A stretch of DNA of 59,501 nt. It comes from Clostridia bacterium. Lineage in GTDB: Bacteria > Bacillota > Peptococcia > Peptococcales > SKKY01. This document shows, one piece after another, positions 55,088-59,501 of the stretch. The position numbers and the translations under genes are program-made. The stretch spans positions 1-59,501 of the forward strand of contig RZYW01000002.1 in NCBI GenBank assembly GCA_009930175.1, in the 5' to 3' direction. The notes beneath the pieces were generated by a model, which made no database searches, was not told the DNA's origin, and was given only the letters and a program-made list of their open reading frames with translations. How positions within the stretch are numbered: the first letter of the stretch is position 1; each line of letters begins with the position of its first letter.

Positions 55088-55113
55088 AGCCTTGCATTGA
55101 CAAGGTTTTTTTT
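55088..55113 (+). terminator. Rho-independent terminator ending the five-gene operon
   Basis: AGCCTTG (55088-55094) pairs with CAAGGTT (55101-55107) around a 6-nt loop, followed by 8 T. Confidence 0.65.
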
Positions 55114-55125
55114 GTGGAATAGTAT
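55097..55125 (+). promoter_or_regulatory. Candidate ars promoter (TTGACA-17-TAGTAT)
   Basis: Consensus -35 TTGACA at 55097-55102, a 17-nt spacer, and TAGTAT at 55120-55125. It overlaps the preceding terminator. Confidence 0.45.
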
Positions 55126-55126
55126 A

Positions 55127-55155
55127 TTCTTATATCGTTATATAAAATATAAGAA
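55127..55155. promoter_or_regulatory. Perfect 9-bp inverted repeat (TTCTTATAT-N11-ATATAAGAA) between the ars promoter and RBS; candidate operator
   Basis: Arms at 55127-55135 and 55147-55155. The 3' arm abuts or overlaps the AAGAAGGAG RBS of acr3. Confidence 0.4.
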
Positions 55156-55165
55156 GGAGTCTTTT

Positions 55166-56176
55166 ATGAATAAATTTGAAAGATATTTAACACTTTGGGT
55201 AGCATTATGTATGGGAGCAGGAATATTTATAGGAAAATATTTACCATTTATTCCTGAATTTTTGGGTAAGTTTGAATATGCAAATGTATCTGTTCCAATC
55301 GCAATATTGATTTGGATAATGATTTACCCAATGATGATGAAAGTAGATTTTAAAAGTGTTGCAGATGTTGGTAAAAATCCTAAAGGCCTATATTTAACCT
55401 GGGTTGTAAACTGGCTTATTAAACCTTTTACTATGTTTGGTATAGCATATCTTTTTTTCTTTATAATTTTTAAAACAATTATTCCAGAGGATCTTGCCAG
55501 GGATTATCTTGCAGGAGCAGTGCTATTAGGGGCAGCTCCTTGTACAGCAATGGTCTTTGTGTGGAGCCATCTTACAAAAGGAAACCCGGCATATACAGTT
55601 GTTCAGGTTGCAACTAATGATTTGATTATATTACTGGCATTTACTCCTATTGTTGCATTTTTACTGGGAGTAGGTGGAATAAGTGTTCCTTGGGATACTT
55701 TAATACTTTCAGTAGTACTTTTTGTAGTTATTCCATTAACAGCGGGAGTTTTTACCAGAATAAGGGTAATTAAGGGACATGGGGAAGATTATTTTAATAA
55801 TGTTTTCTTACCAAAATTTAACAACATAACAGTGGCAGGATTATTATTAACCTTGGTAATAATTTTCTCTTTTCAGGGAAATATAATTCTTGAGAATCCT
55901 TTGCATATTTTATTAATTTCAATACCTTTGACTATTCAGACCTTTTTCATATTCTTTATTGCATACTATGGAGCAAGAGCATTAAAATTGCCCCATAATG
56001 TTGCTGCACCAGCAGGAATGATAGGAGCTTCAAACTTTTTTGAACTGGCAGTAGCGGTTGCCATAGCCTTATTTGGAGCAACATCACCAGTAGCCCTTGC
56101 TACAATAGTAGGGGTATTGGTAGAAGTTCCAGTAATGCTTGCTTTGGTAAAAATAGCGAATAAAACAAGATATTAA
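55166..56176 (+). CDS. acr3: Arsenite efflux permease, ACR3 family
   Basis: MNKFERYLTLWVALCMGAGIFIG, IYPMMMKVDF and GAAPCTAMVFVW are typical of Acr3. ATG 55166 follows AAGGAG. Confidence 0.9.
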   Translation: MNKFERYLTLWVALCMGAGIFIGKYLPFIPEFLGKFEYANVSVPIAILIWIMIYPMMMKVDFKSVADVGKNPKGLYLTWVVNWLIKPFTMFGIAYLFFFIIFKTIIPEDLARDYLAGAVLLGAAPCTAMVFVWSHLTKGNPAYTVVQVATNDLIILLAFTPIVAFLLGVGGISVPWDTLILSVVLFVVIPLTAGVFTRIRVIKGHGEDYFNNVFLPKFNNITVAGLLLTLVIIFSFQGNIILENPLHILLISIPLTIQTFFIFFIAYYGARALKLPHNVAAPAGMIGASNFFELAVAVAIALFGATSPVALATIVGVLVEVPVMLALVKIANKTRY

Positions 56177-56190
56177 TGGAGGTTATAATT

Positions 56191-56607
56191 ATGGAAGAAA
56201 AAGTTAAAGTTGCTTATATCTGTGTGCATAATTCCTGTCGCTCTCAAATGGCGGAAGCATTAACAAAACTTTATGCCTCAGATATTATTGAAGCTTATTC
56301 CGCTGGTACAGAAACCAAGCCGGAGATTAACAAGGATGCAGTGGAAATAATTGGTGACTTGTATGGTGTTGATATGACAAAGGAACAAAAGTCAAAGCTG
56401 TTAACTGAAATCCCTCCGGTAGATATTGTAGTTACTATGGGATGTAATGTAGAGTGTCCATATTTTCCAAGTAAGCACAGGGAAGACTGGGGCCTTGAAG
56501 ACCCTACTGGAAAGAGCAGAGAAGAATTTGTTAAAACTGCAAGAACTATAGAAGAGAAAGTAAAAGATCTCCGGGATCGTATTGTCTCCGGAGACCTGAA
56601 AATATAA
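56191..56607 (+). CDS. arsC: Arsenate reductase, LMW-PTP (thioredoxin-coupled) family
   Basis: CX5R P-loop (ICVHNSCRSQMAE) and a downstream Cys pair (GCNVEC). ATG 56191 follows GGAGG. It lies adjacent to acr3. Confidence 0.85.
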   Translation: MEEKVKVAYICVHNSCRSQMAEALTKLYASDIIEAYSAGTETKPEINKDAVEIIGDLYGVDMTKEQKSKLLTEIPPVDIVVTMGCNVECPYFPSKHREDWGLEDPTGKSREEFVKTARTIEEKVKDLRDRIVSGDLKI

Positions 56608-56633
56608 AGATAGTATAAAAAATATGAGATGTT

Positions 56634-58356
<1,723 letters not shown>

Positions 58357-58380
58357 TTAGGCACACAAAGGGGGGAGAAA

Positions 58381-58863
58381 ATGCATAAAAAATCAGCAGT
58401 TACGAAGGCAGCGCTTTTAATATTAGCTTTGTTATTGTTAATGAATTTAGCTGGCTGCACCAAGGATGAAGACAACAGCCAAAACACCAATAATGAGAGT
58501 GTTAAAGGTGTAGAAGAAGGGAATAGCTATTCTTCTAAAGATGAGGTTGCCGAGTATCTTCATAAATATCAGGAACTGCCTCCTAATTTTATAACCAAAA
58601 AAGAAGCAGGTGCCCTTGGCTGGAAAAGTTCAGATGGAAATTTATGGGAAGTTACCGATAAAGCTTCTATTGGCGGAGATATTTTTGGAAACAGAGAAGG
58701 TTTGCTGCCTAAAAAGAAGGGCAGGATTTATTACGAGTGTGATATCAATTATCAGGGAGGATACAGAGGTGCAGAAAGAATTGTATTCTCAAATGATGGT
58801 TTGATTTTCTATACATCAGATCACTATGAGAGTTTTGAAGAACTCTATGGGGAGGGAAAGTAA
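58381..58863 (+). CDS. Barnase-family (N1/T1 microbial RNase) ribonuclease with a lipoprotein signal peptide
   Basis: Lipobox LAGC at residues ~23-26 and a Ser/Asn/Glu-rich linker. The barnase domain (YLHKYQELPPNFITKKEAGALGW, IGGDIFGNREGLLP, YYECDINY, YRGAERIVF, TSDHYESF) conserves the Lys27, Glu73, Arg83, Arg87 and His102 equivalents. Confidence 0.9.
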   Translation: MHKKSAVTKAALLILALLLLMNLAGCTKDEDNSQNTNNESVKGVEEGNSYSSKDEVAEYLHKYQELPPNFITKKEAGALGWKSSDGNLWEVTDKASIGGDIFGNREGLLPKKKGRIYYECDINYQGGYRGAERIVFSNDGLIFYTSDHYESFEELYGEGK

Positions 58864-59136
58864 ATGGGAGAAATAATTTTAAATGGAGAAAAAATGACAG
58901 ATAAAAAAGTAACACATCAATACTTAAAAAGAAAACTTAAATTGCCAGAGTATTATGGAGAGAATTTAGATGCTTTGTGGGATTGCTTGTCTACAGAAAG
59001 TAATGAAACAAATATTATAATAGTTAATACTGAGTCCATAACGAAAAATCTTGGTTTTTACGGGGAATCCCTTCTTCATTTATTGCTTGAAGTTTGTTCG
59101 GAAAATCCAAAAATAACAGTTGAATTACGGGGGTAG
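58864..59136 (+). CDS. Barstar (barnase inhibitor/immunity protein)
   Basis: 90 aa. LPEYYGENLDALWDCL is identical to the barstar barnase-binding helix, including the Asp39 equivalent. The ATG directly follows the barnase stop. Confidence 0.9.
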   Translation: MGEIILNGEKMTDKKVTHQYLKRKLKLPEYYGENLDALWDCLSTESNETNIIIVNTESITKNLGFYGESLLHLLLEVCSENPKITVELRG

Positions 59137-59142
59137 AAATAG

Positions 59143-59501
59143 TTGTTGTTTATTGAAATATTAAAAGCAGTTTTTTTAGGAATTGTAGAAGGAATTACCG
59201 AGTGGCTTCCAATTAGCAGTACTGGTCACATGATTTTAGTAGAGGAATTTATTCAGCTTAATGCTTCAGATGCTTTTAAGGAAATGTTTTTTGTAGTAAT
59301 TCAGCTTGGTGCCATAATGGCGGTAGTTTTGCTCTATTTTCATAAGTTAAATCCATTTTCCCCAAAAAAGAATCTTCAGGCAAAAAAAGATACAATGGAA
59401 ATATGGTTTAAAGTAGTTATAGGTGTTTTGCCGGCTGCAGTACTTGGTTTGTTATTTGATGACTGGCTGAACGAAAGATTTTATAATTACCAGACAGTAG
59501 C
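59143..59501 (+). CDS. uppP: Undecaprenyl-diphosphate phosphatase (BacA/UppP), 5' partial, running off the window
   Basis: [27 protein letters not shown] is the UppP N-terminal signature. TTG 59143 is the first possible start after the in-frame TAG at 59140-59142. Confidence 0.85.
   Translation, partial: MLFIEILKAVFLGIVEGITEWLPISSTGHMILVEEFIQLNASDAFKEMFFVVIQLGAIMAVVLLYFHKLNPFSPKKNLQAKKDTMEIWFKVVIGVLPAAVLGLLFDDWLNERFYNYQTV

Overview
This AT-rich window looks like a Firmicutes (Clostridia/Bacilli-type) chromosome. All identifications come from reading the supplied translations and the DNA; no database search was run. Gene order closely follows known Bacillus-type housekeeping clusters. In order, the window contains:
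- dat (minus strand)
- an ABC-F ATPase coupled to an M16C/PreP-like peptidase
- ilvB-ilvN-ilvC / leuA-leuC-leuD-leuB
- a minus-strand DUF881-sbp-DUF881-FlhG-like operon, divergent from cdaA-cdaR-glmM
- acpS-nnrD-alr-mazE-mazF
- a small accessory stretch: polysaccharide deacetylase lipoprotein, signal peptidase I with an extra C-terminal membrane domain, an orphan TerD, and a DJ-1/PfpI protein
- ylxM-ffh-rpsP-ylqC-ylqD-rimM-trmD-(RNA methyltransferase)-rplS-lepB-rbgA-rnhB
- a 12-gene nuo operon, nuoABCDHIJKLMN plus a second nuoM-like gene, with no nuoEFG
- yraN, a LarA homolog and an ABC-F on the minus strand
- a DUF4332 protein
- a tightly coupled five-gene operon: ABC-F, YfmL-like DEAD-box helicase, DUF853/YjgR HerA-like ATPase, DbpA/YxiN-like helicase, and a small degenerate RNase H-like protein
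- acr3-arsC, a fourth ABC-F, a lipoprotein barnase with barstar, and the 5' part of uppP

I saw no rRNA, tRNA, CRISPR array, transposase or integrase. The best candidates for undescribed biology are:
- the five-gene ATPase/helicase operon at 48.8-55.1 kb
- the FlhG-like ATPase with a novel N-terminal domain inside a DUF881/Sbp cluster
- the NuoEFG-less complex I with an extra antiporter-like subunit
- the membrane-anchored barnase/barstar pair
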